Made by a program: the position numbers and the translations under genes. DNA of 64,000 nt from Vicugna vicugna (Eukaryota). The stretch lies in the NCBI GenBank assembly GCA_013265495.1, contig MU061579.1, positions 6,796,124-6,860,123 of the forward strand, written 5' to 3'. How positions within the stretch are numbered: the stretch's first letter is position 1; each line of letters begins with the position of its first letter. Of this stretch, positions 48,996 through 61,149 are shown piece after piece. The notes under the pieces were generated by a model. It was given only the letters and a program-made list of their open reading frames with translations. It was not told the DNA's origin and made no database searches.

Positions 48996-50159
48996 ATGCC
49001 CAAAGTCTTTGGTAAGAACTGATTATCATGCATACTTAGTGACCTACTGGCCCAGAGATCTCAGTACAATGGGGTGAACACAAGAAAATATCTTCTGGAC
49101 AGATAAGAGGAAAAATGGAGTTGGAGTTGGAGTTGGAGACCAAGTAAGGAGAAGCTATGAGAGAGCTGAGTCGCTGGTATCCCTGGATTGTAACAGGACA
49201 AAGTAATCCTAATGCTGGAAAAGCAAGAATTCTTGCACTTGAGAACCATCCCTAGAATGGTGCCTCAAGCCCCCCAGGAGGCAGTGGTGGCACCAGCTGC
49301 AGCATCACCAGTGAATCTCTGCAAACACAACAGTGGGCAGGCTTTCCAGTGCTGCCTCCTCCTGGTGAAAAGCAGCAGCACTGGCTGGTTCTTGGATTGA
49401 AAAGCCCCAAAATTCATGGAATTATCAAAGGAGCAGAGACTTCACTGAGGAAAGAAAAACTGTTTTTGCAATTGCATTGTGTAACTGGGGAGCCAGGATT
49501 ATTTAAATTGACTATCATCAATGAATAATGGTTCATTTGGTACTCCAGACTACAGCAGCTCACATCCCAGGACTACATGAGAGTTTCCAGGCTAGGAGTC
49601 AAGGATCCCATCTGCAAATTTATGTTCACTTATAGTAGACAGTACATTATAGAGCAGGGTCTAATTATTAAAGAGAGGTATCTTGATAATGAGTTTACTG
49701 TTTATTTCTTCCTTTACAACCTCTACTAAGGTATTCATAGGCAGAAAGTTTCTCCTTTACTGTCAAGATGTCTTTTTCTCCCATTTTCCTGGAACCCAAG
49801 AGATGCTGAGCCGGTCTTCTCTTTTCTGCAGGATGAAGGCACTGAGAACCTCAGCTGGGCTTTCCTATGCTCACATCGCCCACAGTGGCTTACGTCAGTA
49901 CAGCAGCCTTGGAGCTGCCAGCTCCACTTCTCATCCAAGGGTTCTTTAGTTCCTTACACCATGTATACAGAGTGTCTCACAGAACATGAGGCTGAATAAA
50001 TGCCACATTTCCACACTTTATTTAAACCTCCTAAGGATAAAGCATTTGTGCAATAGTTAATCATAAGTCACTTGATTTGTTAGCTTAGAGCTCATAGAAG
50101 TAAATGTCTAAGTACCGAGGGATCGATCTAAGAACACATGCCTCCTTCTGGTTGAAGTT

Positions 50160-50372
50160 CCACTTCCTGGATGAAGCTTTGCTACTTAATCATTGCATTT
50201 CTTTAGGCAAGTTACTTTAACTTTTTTCTTCTGTAAAATGGGAATAATAATGAGAGTGTTTTTAAATGCCACAATTTTTTCTTAGGATTGTTGTGAAGTT
50301 TACATGAAATGTTACATATAAAGCACTGGTCACAGTGTCCAGCATATAGTGAGAACTCAATCAATGCCGCTG
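50160..50372 (+). mobile_element. MIR SINE
   Basis: ggcaagttactt...tctgtaaaatgggaataataat...ggattgttgtgaag...aaagcactggtcacagtgtccagcatatagtg. Confidence 0.9.
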
Positions 50373-51479
50373 ATGAAGGAAGACTAAGGGACTTGCCCAA
50401 GACTCCACAAAGATGGGCAAAGGGAGGGGAGAATCTGAGTGGCATGATGTTTTGTCTCTTGAGGTGCAGACCCTTTTGCTGTCCTGCACACAGATGGGAA
50501 TGGTGCAAATAGATGAGGAAAAGAAGATAAAACTAGAGCAAAGAAAGCTGACTCCAGCTATTGTCTCCTTTCCTTACCCTTAGAGGAATATAGTGCCTAT
50601 AACTACTGCAATGACACAGGCAGAGGTCTCTTTATTTAAAAGTTAACAAAAGGAAAAGATCTCTTTCTGAATTTTGCTTATTAGCCAAAATAAAAATAAC
50701 CCAGCTATGCCACAGCTAAATTTGGATTTCTTTCTCTATCCTGCCTCTCTCTTTTTCATCCAGTCTCTATCCATCCTTCAGCTCCACCTTCAAAATTCCA
50801 TGGGGAATGAAAACTTTTACTTTAGAATTGAACTTTAGCATTGCTTGGGAAGATAGTCAGAGCTGCTGTGAGCACCTGCAGATGCAGGAGGGAAGGCTAG
50901 TCCTGGATGGAGACAGAGCTGGGCAGGGTTCTGGGAACAACTTTGACTTGATCCTCCTTAGCTAAGCCCCTAACATAGTACCTGCCTTAGTTCCTTTGCT
51001 TAAAGTTCTTTATATTTGATTTTTCTATTATCACTCACAGTGTACAGATCAATGCTTCATGTAACTAAATAACAGCAATTGGGAGGAAATGAGGGTAGTT
51101 GCCACTGATAAGGCACTTTTGTGCAAATCGGGAGAAAGCACCTGCTGAAGTCAGTACAGCCCCAGCCGAAGCCTGTGGTTTAGCTGGAGTAACATAAGTT
51201 CAGCGTCAGCTTCCAGTTGCTCTCTCTGCTCCAGGCACCTTTGTGAAGAGCAGAAAAATGTATCAGTCTTGGTGCTCAGCAAATATTCTTTGCTATGATA
51301 ACACCTCCTCCCTGAACTTTTTTCCCAACTATGTCTGTGGCAAGCAGACTCTGATTTGTAACAAGTATCTCAATGAAGTCTTGAGTAGTAACAATTTTAT
51401 AACTATAGTTATAAGCTCAGGTAGGTGCAGCAACAACATAATAGAGTTGCAGAGAACATAATGATAAAGATTTATTTTC

Positions 51480-51650
51480 CCTGAACATTTATGAACATAA
51501 TCGTTAAGGCCGTTCCATGTACTATCACATTTAATATTCACAACAGTCTATGAGGAACATTACCATTTTACACATGAGAAAACATTAAGTGAGAAAAGTT
51601 CATTAACTTGAACTTCTGGAGCAAAGAATTGAACCCATGTCATGCTAACT
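51480..51650 (-). mobile_element. MIR remnant
   Basis: atcacatttaatattcacaacagtctatgagg...ccattttacacatgagaaaac...gaattgaaccca. Confidence 0.75.
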
Positions 51651-52159
51651 GTTATTTCCCAAATTTTGAGACCAGTAGAATATGAAATATTTTAAGTTTC
51701 ACTGATACACAGGTACAGCATTAAACACCATGCAACTGCCTGGTGAGGCTGTAATTCTCCTTTCAGTTTTCTCTCAATCATTCTGATGGTGATTCAGTCT
51801 GGTGCCAGCATCACTATAACACACACTTACTCATCTTCCAAAAAAATAGCAGATCTCAGGCTCAAAGCCTTCAACAGTAGTATCCAAATAGAAATTAACC
51901 ACAATTTAAATCATAATATTATCTTCTATTTATGGCAAATGATATTGGTTCTCCATTTGCCATCTATCATGCAGTTTCCTTTTAAATAAAATCAAGAAAG
52001 TTTTAAAGAAAAAACTATTAAGCAAATACCAATGTGATACATTCACTATGATAGAAATTGTGGGAGTGGTAGTCAGAGGCGCTTAGATATGGCAAAAATT
52101 GGGAAGATGTTAAGTCAGCAACTAAGAATTGAGAAACAGTGCCATATACCATTCAGCCA

Positions 52160-52400
52160 CTTTCATGGGGTTTGATGTCAAGAAATACATGAGTTTGCCT
52201 CCCAGTTTTACTGGTTACTAGCTGGTTACTAGGTGTTGGAAAATCATTTAGTCTCTCTAAGTCTCAGTCTTCTCATCTAAAAAAACAAACAGTTCTTAAT
52301 ATCCACTTTAAAGGTATTATGATAGGTAAATAAATAATTTTTGTGACCATACCTTGACTATACCTGGCATACAGTAGGTGCTCAATAAATATTAGTTTCT
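52160..52400 (+). mobile_element. MIR SINE
   Basis: tctctctaagtctcagtcttctcatct...cctggcatacagtaggtgctcaataaatattagtt. Confidence 0.88.
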
Positions 52401-52915
52401 TCTACTCTCTCCCTTCCTTTAGTTACCGGAGTTGGTAGAAGAATGTTTCATCTTCTTCATCGGTCAGCAAGAGCTCTTTTTATTAACTTCTTTCTTTTCT
52501 TTAATTTTTTTTATTAAATAATGAGCAGGAAAAGGTATTTATAAAATTTATATTTGGCATAAAGCAAAACAAATTAACGAACTAGAAATTGATCATTGCC
52601 TTACTTTATAGCATCTATATATCTCTTTCCTTCCCCGCCACATTCAGATGTAACCAGTTTCCTAAATTTAGGTTTCTTATCCTTTGTTTTCTTTGTAGTT
52701 TTACTTCCCTGAACTACCACTTGAAAGCACCACTCTCCTAATGGCTCCCCTCAGCGCTATTACATCAGAAAGAAACAACCTTGAATTTTCTTTAAGCTTT
52801 GTGTTTTGGGCTTTATAGCTATTTAGGCTTAACTGTAAACACTACATTCTTGACATTTCCCAAAGGAAAATCATGAAACACAGACTGTAATTTAAATACT
52901 TACAAAGCATCAGTA

Positions 52916-53507
52916 TGTCGGAGCCAGCCGACAATCGATCAGGTCCAGAAATCTGTGCTGCAGGACTGAGAAAAGGAAAGACGTAACAAAGAGACAGCAA
53001 GACAAGAAAAGTTGGGGTTGAGAGGGTCTCACTCTAGCCCGCAAGACGCTAGGTCAAGAGTGGACGACGAGTTTATTTCAGGTGGTTCTTTTATATGATT
53101 TTAACCCATTAGCTCATACATTCCTGCACGTAGGCAATAAAGCCTAACCTCGTGACTCGTATACATTCAACTCAGGTGATACATTCAACTCAGGTGATTG
53201 TTCTCTAAAAGGATCACTGATTTATGTGCCAATTGTATCTCTCCCTCCGAAGGTCTTTTGTAACTTAATAGCTCAAAGATGTTTCCTCAGGCATTAGCGC
53301 ACCTGGTGCATTCTTTAGTAAAAGAGGTGGCGGGACAGAGATTGTTCTTACTCAATTGACCTTTGAGCCGGGCGCCCCGCACTGTGGGAGTTTAGGCCCA
53401 ACCTTTGTGCTCGGCAGCCTCAATCTCAGAGCCTGGCGCCCTGCACTTTGGGGTTTTACGCCCAAGTTTTGTGCTCGGCAGCCCTCCGTCACGATCGGCT
53501 CCCCGCA
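52916..53507 (-). mobile_element. Young ERV2/betaretrovirus-like solo LTR (592 bp)
   Basis: Perfect 6-bp TSD TCAGTA (52910-15, 53508-13). Reverse strand TGCGGGGAGCC...GGCTCCGACA. TATAAAA followed closely by AATAAA (short R). Many intact CpGs. Confidence 0.92.
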
Positions 53508-54224
53508 TCAGTAACCTGCACATGGAGGTGTCTAGGTGTGATCAGAGTCTCACAATTAAGGTGGGGAGGTTAATTCATGTGATTATTTAGAGATTGAGAA
53601 TATCCCCTTACTCTTATTGCTTCACCATCCCCTAGGATGTTGTCCTTGTCTGTATGGCCAAAGTTGGGTTCTGGGCACAACCAGTTTAGAGCTCACAAGA
53701 AGGGGAAAGAGAGGAGGTCCAGTGTAAGCAATGGAAAGTCATCCTCCAATTCTGAAGGAACAACCATGGAGAGATGATTTAAGGAGAATCAAGTCCTTGC
53801 TCCTTTTGAGGAGGGGCTAAATCAAAAGTGAGGTGAGAGAGACACCTTGAGATCCTCAGCCAGAGGATGGGCTACAGTGGTGCAAATCCAGCATCTTTAA
53901 ATGATGCACTTAGACCATCTATTCTTGTGGCTCCCACAGAAGCAAGCAACTAAAGATGGACTCTGGTAGTTACTGCCATGCTGTAATGCACGGGAGTTCC
54001 CCACTATCACATTTTTTCCTGCCACATATAACCAGAGGGTAAATGGCAGATCATTAAATATACCACTCTAGGCCTGAGGGTGAAAATTTAGACTAACAAG
54101 CATTGAGTTCCACTACTCCTTTTATGTCCGTCTAACCCAATTAGAGGCATTAAAAAAAAGTCTAGTAGCTATCTGTAAGTCCCATGAGTATACTTTCCTA
54201 GAATTCAGGATTTGGGGGGTAATT

Positions 54225-54385
54225 TTTCCAAGTTTTATTGAAACATAATTGGCATACAGCACTGTATGGGTTTAAGGTATGCAGTATAAAGACTTAACAT
54301 ACAAATATTATAAAATTATTACCACAATAAGTTTAGGTAACATCCATCATCTCGTATAGATACCAAAAAAAGAGAAAAAAATGAA
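54225..54385 (-). mobile_element. L1 3' end fragment (L1MA9/laurasiatherian type)
   Basis: agttttattgaaacataattggcatacagcactgtat...accacaataagtttaggtaacatccatcatctcgtatagatac. Confidence 0.85.
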
Positions 54386-54889
54386 ATTCTTACCTAATAT
54401 ACATCAGACTAGAATGTTATCAGGTACCCTTTGTGCTTATGAAGCACTTACTTTTTCCTAATATACTCTTTGCTATAAAACTTAATACTGAGTCCACATG
54501 GGAAAAATTTATTTGCAGAAAACGTTTTAGCTATTTCTTACATGAAACTGTCAGAGTTTTTTGTTTTTGCCTCCATTTCTCAGTAAAACATGTTGGCAAC
54601 AAATTTCTAGGCAAAATGTTGGTCCATGGCAATTGAATGTTAGTAGTGATACTGGTGAGGGAGAACAGGTGAATGAATTGATTGAAATATTTAAATGTTA
54701 TCAAAATATTATGAGGATGATTGGCACGTAGTCCAGTTGTTATGTTATTTATCTAGAAGAGTTAGGCAAGAGGGACATAACTGATCCTGATTATTATTAA
54801 CCTATCCACATGAGCTGATCAGTTATTCTAGTGCTGGGACACAACAATGAACAAAATAGACAAAGCCCCTGCCATTATTGTTATTCTAT

Positions 54890-55950
54890 TTGTTGGGCAA
54901 GGTCACTGGCTGGGCTCTCCGTTAAGCAGAGCCTCCAACTGCATTCCTTAGTTGTGTGGGGCTAGAGACTATTCTCTGCAGTCAGGTAGGGTGTGGGGGG
55001 ACAGTTGTCATTCAGCTACAGGTCTGGTAAGGCTGCAGGCTATGCTGTGCAGTTGGGTTAGGTCACAAGTGGGACTCCGTGCCTGAGCGAGGCCAGAGGT
55101 TGTATTCAGCAATTGGGCATGATTGTATGCTGGGCTCTGCTGCTGGGTAGGTTGGCAGGCTGGTCTCTAAGGCTGCTCAGGGTCACTGTTCAAGCTCCCT
55201 GGTTATCTGGGGCTAGCAGGCCATAGGATGTGACCTGTAGCTGCTGGGCAATTCTGGTCACACTACCCAGTGAGGCAGGGCTGAAGACTTTGCTAAGCAG
55301 TTGGGAGGGACTATGAATTTACTCCCATCTCTGGATGGGCTGCAGGATGTGCTCCACAGCCAGTATAACCCATTGGCTTGAGATCCAAATCAGGCAGAAC
55401 TGCTAATTGAGCTTCCTAGCCAGACACAGCCACCAGCTCAGCTCTGCAGATGGGCTGCTGGCTGGGATCTCTGCTTGAGTACTGCTGCAGGCAGGAACAT
55501 GGTCTGCCAATGTTTGAGCACCGATTGCTCTGAACTCTGCCTGACTTCTCCATCTGTATATTATCCTCAGTAGTTGAGCTTCACAGGTTTCCCCAGTGAT
55601 CCCCATGAGGTGAAACCCCAGTGAGCCTCCCAGGAAGTATCCCACAATACTGGGGAAGTGGGGTTCTCTTTTTCTCACTGGATAAGCTGTAGGCCCAAGG
55701 ATCCAGCAGTGGAGACTCACTTCAGCACTGTACCAGTCTGTAGGGGAAGTGGTGCAGTGTGAAACTGCTCTTCTTACCCATCTAACATGGTCCTTCTCAA
55801 TGTCTGTGGTCTGAGGGGTGCTTCAGCCTCACCTTCAGGTTCTGAGGTTTTTTACAATGGTGTCTTGTGTATGGATTGTTGCTAGTTCATCTTCTTGTGA
55901 GGGAGACTGAGTCAGGAAAACCTGTGTCACCATCTTAAGATGTCAACCCT
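54890..55950 (-). mobile_element. L1M 5'UTR segment, inverted relative to the adjacent L1 body
   Basis: GC-richer block ending caccatcttaag (reverse of the YY1-type aagatgg at L1 5' ends). gggtgcttcagcctcacc...tggattgttgctagtt resembles L1M2/M3 5' ends. Confidence 0.7.
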
Positions 55951-57163
55951 GCATGAATTTTGTTTGTAAAAAAAATTAATCTATACATCAAGGAAGGTCA
56001 ATGAACTCCCAAGTAGGATAAACTTAAAGAGATTCACACCTAGATGAATTATAATCAAGCTGTCAAAAGCCAAAGAAAGAATCTTGAAAGCAGCAAGAAA
56101 GAGGTGACTTATCATCTACAAGGAATCCTCACTAAGATTAACAGCTAATTTCTTATCAAAATCACGGAGGCAGAAGGCAGTGAGATGATATTCAAAGTGG
56201 TGAAAGAAAAAACTCAATCAATAATTTTATATCCAGAAAATTATTCTTTAAAATGGAGATGAAATTAAGATGTTCCTAGGCAAACAAAAACTTGAGCTAA
56301 TTCTTCACTAGCAGACCAGCCCTATAAAAAGTACTAAAGGGAGTCCTTCAGGCTGAGTTTAAAAAAAATTACATAGTAATATGAATCCACATGAAAAAAT
56401 AAAGAGCATTGGTAAAGGTAATTTTATAAGCAAATATAAAATACAGTATGAAAGTATATTTTTGTTAATTATTCTTTTTCCCCTCCTAAATGATTTTTTA
56501 AACTACATTAAGCAGTAATTATATTGTGTTGATATGGATACAGTGTTTAAAGATGTAATATATACAACAATAGTAATACAAAGAAGAGGGGGAAGGAGTG
56601 GGGCTATATAGGTGCAAAGTTTCTACACTACTAAAATTAAGTTGATATAATCTGAACTATATTGTAAATAAAAATTTTAATTATAATTATCAAGGAAGCA
56701 CTTAGAAAATAACTCAAATATATAATAAAAGAAATAACAGGAAATTTAATGGTATACTAGAAAATATCTAATTAACACAAAAGAAATCAGTAATAGAATA
56801 TCAAGGAGAAAAAAGGCATAAAACATAGAAAAAAATAGGAAAATAACAGACATAAATCTTACCTTATCAGTAATTACATTAAGTGTAAAGGGATTAAACA
56901 CTCCAGCAGACATTGGTAGGGTGGACAAAACATAATGAACCAACTATATTCCATCTACAGAGGATGCATTTTATACTAAAAAGGCACAAATTGGTTGAAA
57001 CTAAAAGGGTGGAAAAAGCGATACCATGTATGAAGCAATCAAAAGAGCTGTGCCGACCAACTAATAAAAGACAATATACACCTTAAAACCAAAATTGTCA
57101 ATTAAGACCAAAAAAAAGTACACTTTATAATGCTAAAAGCATCAGTTCATAAAGTGTAACAAT

Positions 57164-57250
57164 GGGGGGTCCAGCTCAGTGGTACAGTGAGTGCTTAGCG
57201 CACATCAGTTCCTTGGTTCAATCCCCAGGACCTCTATTTAAAAAAAAAAT
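57164..57250 (+). mobile_element. tRNA-Ala-derived SINE (Vic-1-like), diverged copy
   Basis: ggggggtccagctcagtggtacag...tgcttagc...ggttcaatccccaggacctc plus A tail. Confidence 0.85.
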
Positions 57251-58182
57251 AGAAAAAATATAGCCAATATAAAACTATATGGCCCTGACAACAGAGACCC
57301 AAAATACATAAAGCAAATACTGACTGAACTGAAAGAAGAATAGACAATGCAACAAGAACAGTTGGAGACTTAAGCACCTGACTTTCAATAATGGATAAAA
57401 GAGGTAGACAGAAGATCAACAAGGAAGTAGGATATACAAATATTAACTCAAAATGGATCAAAAATTCAAATGTACAAGATAAAACTAAAAAACTCGTAGA
57501 AGAAAATATAGGTGTAAATCTTTGTGACTTTAGGCAACAGTTTCTTAGAACGACACCAAAGCACAAATAACCACCAAAAAATATGATGTATACTGTCCTT
57601 TAAGGCACAAAAGTTTTAAAGCTTAATGACATACAATTTATCTATTTTTTTAATATTTGCAAGTTGTGTATCTGATGAGTCTAGAATCTAGAACGTATTT
57701 TTAAAAAACCCTTAAAACTCAACAACGAAAAAAAAAAAGTTGGTAAAATAGTCCTAGGATTTGAATAGATTTTTCTGCAAAGAAGATATACAAATGGCCA
57801 AAAAGCATATGAAAAGATTCCCAATGTCATCTAGGAAATTAGTGAAATGCAAATCAAAACCACAATGAGATACCACTAAATACCCACTAAGATGGGTATA
57901 ATCAAAAAGACAGGTAATGGCAAGGATGTGGAGAAATGGGAACCCTTATACATTGCTGGGTCAAACGCAAAATGGTGCAGACACTTTGGAGAAGAGTTTG
58001 GAAGTTCCTCAAAAAGTTAAACATAGACTTAGCAAGAAGCTCAGATAGTCCTCTCCTGGATATTATCACCAGAGAATTGAAAACATATGTTCACACAAAA
58101 ACTTGAACATGAATGTTCATAGAAGCATTATTCATAATCACTAAAAAGGGGAACAAACCAAATGTCTGTCAACTGATGAATG

Positions 58183-58781
58183 TGTTACCAGGAGGAGGGG
58201 AATAAAAGTTACCTTAGTTCTTAGTCACCCCAAAAAAGTGAATTTCTAACAAGAGACAGAGAGCATGATATAAACAGAAGATTTCATTAGTGAAGTAAAA
58301 AGGTAGTAAAATATAGTTCACCCCCAAGAATTGGTGGCGGGCCAATCCAAGAGGAAAATTTGCGCCACTCCTTTGTTTGTCATGTTCTTATATCCTGGCC
58401 TAGGGGGCATCTTCATAATTGATTGACAGCTTACGTTCTTTGAGTGCTCAGGCTGATTGACAGCTCATGTTCGTTGTGCTCAGGCATGCCCATCTCTTTT
58501 ATGTGTATTTGTACCGGTGATACACACAGAGAAACCTATCAGAGAGGGCTCAAACTGTAATGTTAATTACATTATAATGAGCATTGGGTCAAGTTAAGCT
58601 GGGTCCTTCTCTCTACTGTGCAGCCACAGAGTTCGATTCTAGCCAGCTTCTTTGCTGACCTTCATTTAGGTCATATTTTTGGAGCCCCTTATTCTGAGTG
58701 CAGGTATTTGTTATTTTCTGGGTTGCTCCCTCCACCTCCTCCACCCTTGCTCAGTGCTCATTTCTATCTAACTGCCTAACA
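58183..58781 (-). mobile_element. ERV1-type solo LTR (599 bp) inserted in L1
   Basis: tgttacc...cctaaca termini, TSD AATG/AATT. L1 reads through continuously (tcaactgatgaatg | gatatacaaaa). Confidence 0.88.
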
Positions 58782-59694
58782 AATTGATATACAAAACATA
58801 ATATAATCATACAATGGACTATTACTCAAACATTAAAAAAAAAGAATGACGAGCATGCTACAGCATGGATGATCCTTGAAACATAATGAAAAGTAAAAGA
58901 AGTCAGATACAAAAGGCTACATGTTGTATGGCTCTGTTTTATGAAAGGTCCAGAACAGACAAATTCAAAGAGAGGAAAGTAGATTAGGGTTTTCCAGGGG
59001 CTGGAGGGATAGGAGAAGGGTAAGTGACTGCTCTATGGGTATGGGGTTTCTTTTTGGAGTGATGAAAATGTTCTGGAATTAGATGGTAAATGTTGGTTGC
59101 ACAAGCTTTTGAATATACTAAAATCATTGACTTGTACACTTTAAAATGGTGAAGTTTATGGTAGTTTAATTATATGTCAATAAAATAAAAGAGAATCCTC
59201 TGATAAAGTAGCATTTGGACAGAAACTTGAAGGAATAAAGGGAGCAATCTACCAGGTATCTACGGGAAATGAATGCAAACAATGTAAACTGTAGAACTGA
59301 CTCCATAGTTCAATATCTAATATTCTTGTTCTTATTTTTAAGTTTTTCTTATTGTCATGGCATAGTTTAATGTAGCCACATTTTGCGTAAATAATGAGGA
59401 GAGTAAATAAAATGTTAAGAGACTTAGGAAGGGGAGATTTAATTATTGAATCATGAAAAAAGACAGGTGGAAATTAGAAAAAATATGAGAACAAATAGAA
59501 TAAACTAAAAAGATCTGTAGAAAAAGGAAAAGAGGAAGATGATAGCATTGGATATTTTATATATTTATATTTATATTTATATATTTTACCCATTTCTATA
59601 TTAGTAAAGAAATGAAACACTGGAAATATAAAGATGGGGTATATCTCATATTATATCAATTTTATATCATATTATATCAATTATAGCAATTTCC

Positions 59695-59850
59695 TTGGGA
59701 AAATTTCTTCACTCTGTGTTCCTCAATTTCCCATGTCCTATACAAGGCACGGGAACAATAATGCTGTGAGAAATGTATAAGGTATTTCACCTTATTCAGT
59801 AAAATTCTGAATTTGACACTTGGTAGACCCTCAATATAGAATAATTATTC
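59695..59850 (+). mobile_element. MIR remnant
   Basis: ccttgggaaaatttcttcactctgtgttcctcaatttccc...gacacttggtagaccctcaata. Confidence 0.65.
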
Positions 59851-60489
59851 ACAACAATCATCATAATAGACATTAAACAAATTCTGAGGGGGGGTCTTAG
59901 CTTTTGAAAAGTAAAACTATATGTTCAAATATATATTTTTAAGAAGGATGAGATATGTGGAATATATATATAAAGACTCTGCATTTTAGTTATTTAAATA
60001 TTAGTTTAATCATAGAAGTTTTTATTTTAGTAAAACAGCATAAAAGATTATGCAAAGAGATATTACCTATATTTTAAGATTTAATTGGTTAGAAACTGAC
60101 CTTTGTTACAGAGATAAGAAGATATTGAGGCTAAATTAAAAGAAGTTTTCCACATGCCCTCAATATTTTTAGAAAACAAGCATGTTATGCTTAAAACTAT
60201 TTTGAGAATAACACTGTGGTGAAAAACAATACCAAAAAATCACTTTGCTAATTAAAGCATCTGAAACCAAACAACTGCTTTTGGGAATTGATCTTGCTGG
60301 TTTACATGCTAAAAGGGAGTACTTCTCATATTTCCCTCAAGTGAGATAAAATTAGTGAAAAATCTGGCTAAGTGAGGATGAGCAGAAGTTGACATATTTG
60401 AATAGTTTGGCTGGTATATGTCAGAATTTTATTTAAAAAAAATTCTAGAGAAGCTGTAAGCTTCTAGGAATCAAGGCAATCATGAAACA

Positions 60490-60670
60490 GGGGAAGGTTA
60501 CTGGATTAGGGGTCAGAGGAAACGGGCCATGTACCTGGCTCTGAATACTCTCTAGCCAGAAGATCTTGGCAAGTTAACTCCTCTGTTTCTCAATTTCTTC
60601 TTTTCTAAAAATGGGAGGATCTTACTTGGAGGACTATGTGATCCTCCTCAATTCTAATATTGTATGGTTC
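60490..60670 (+). mobile_element. MIR3/MIRc remnant
   Basis: actggattaggggtcagagga...cctggctctg...tcttggcaagttaactcctctgtttctcaatttc. Confidence 0.75.
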
Positions 60671-61149
60671 TTTCTAATACGTCCTCTTCTAGAAAAAAAA
60701 ATTCCAAGGCTGAATTCAGGCTTTTTCTAAGTAAGTATTATCAATAAGGTAGGTGTGAATTCCACAGTGTGGGTCAGCTTTGCCTTAGTGGTAGTTGGCC
60801 ATTATATGGTGCATCTTTCTCTAGCTCCTTTTTCTTCTTTCCTGTTGCGGTTCATTCTGCCTTTGAGAAAATGCTCAGCTTCTACTATGAGCCTATTGTT
60901 ATACCTAAAGCCAGAGGGATATTCAAAATATATAGCAACAAGTATAGCACAAGCATGAAATAACACATCAGGACACTAGCCATACAGACACATATTAGCC
61001 CTGCCTAGAACTAGAGGCAAAACTTGAGTGATTTAGATGAACTTCATTTAGATAAACTTCATTAAAAAACTTCATAAATATTTGTGTTCTTTGATAATAT
61101 GTGTACATGTACATACATGCATTTATTGAAGTGGGATTGTATTCATGTC

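Larger units (their letters stand above)
55955..59190 (+). mobile_element. L1MB-type element: ORF1 3' half, ORF2 5' part, internal deletion, ORF2 end, full 3'UTR; carries a nested SINE and LTR
   Basis: aaagaatcttgaaagcagcaaga (ORF1), gttggagacttaagcacc (EN GDFNT motif), gaaatgcaaatcaaaaccacaatgagatacc, 3' end ggagtgatgaaaatgttctggaattagat...aattatatgtcaataaaataaaa. Confidence 0.95.

Noticed and set aside
53330..53350. MMTV-like hormone response element in the ERV2 LTR
   Set aside because: TGTTCT half-sites are present, but GGGACA and TGTTCT are separated by 5 bp rather than the required 3.
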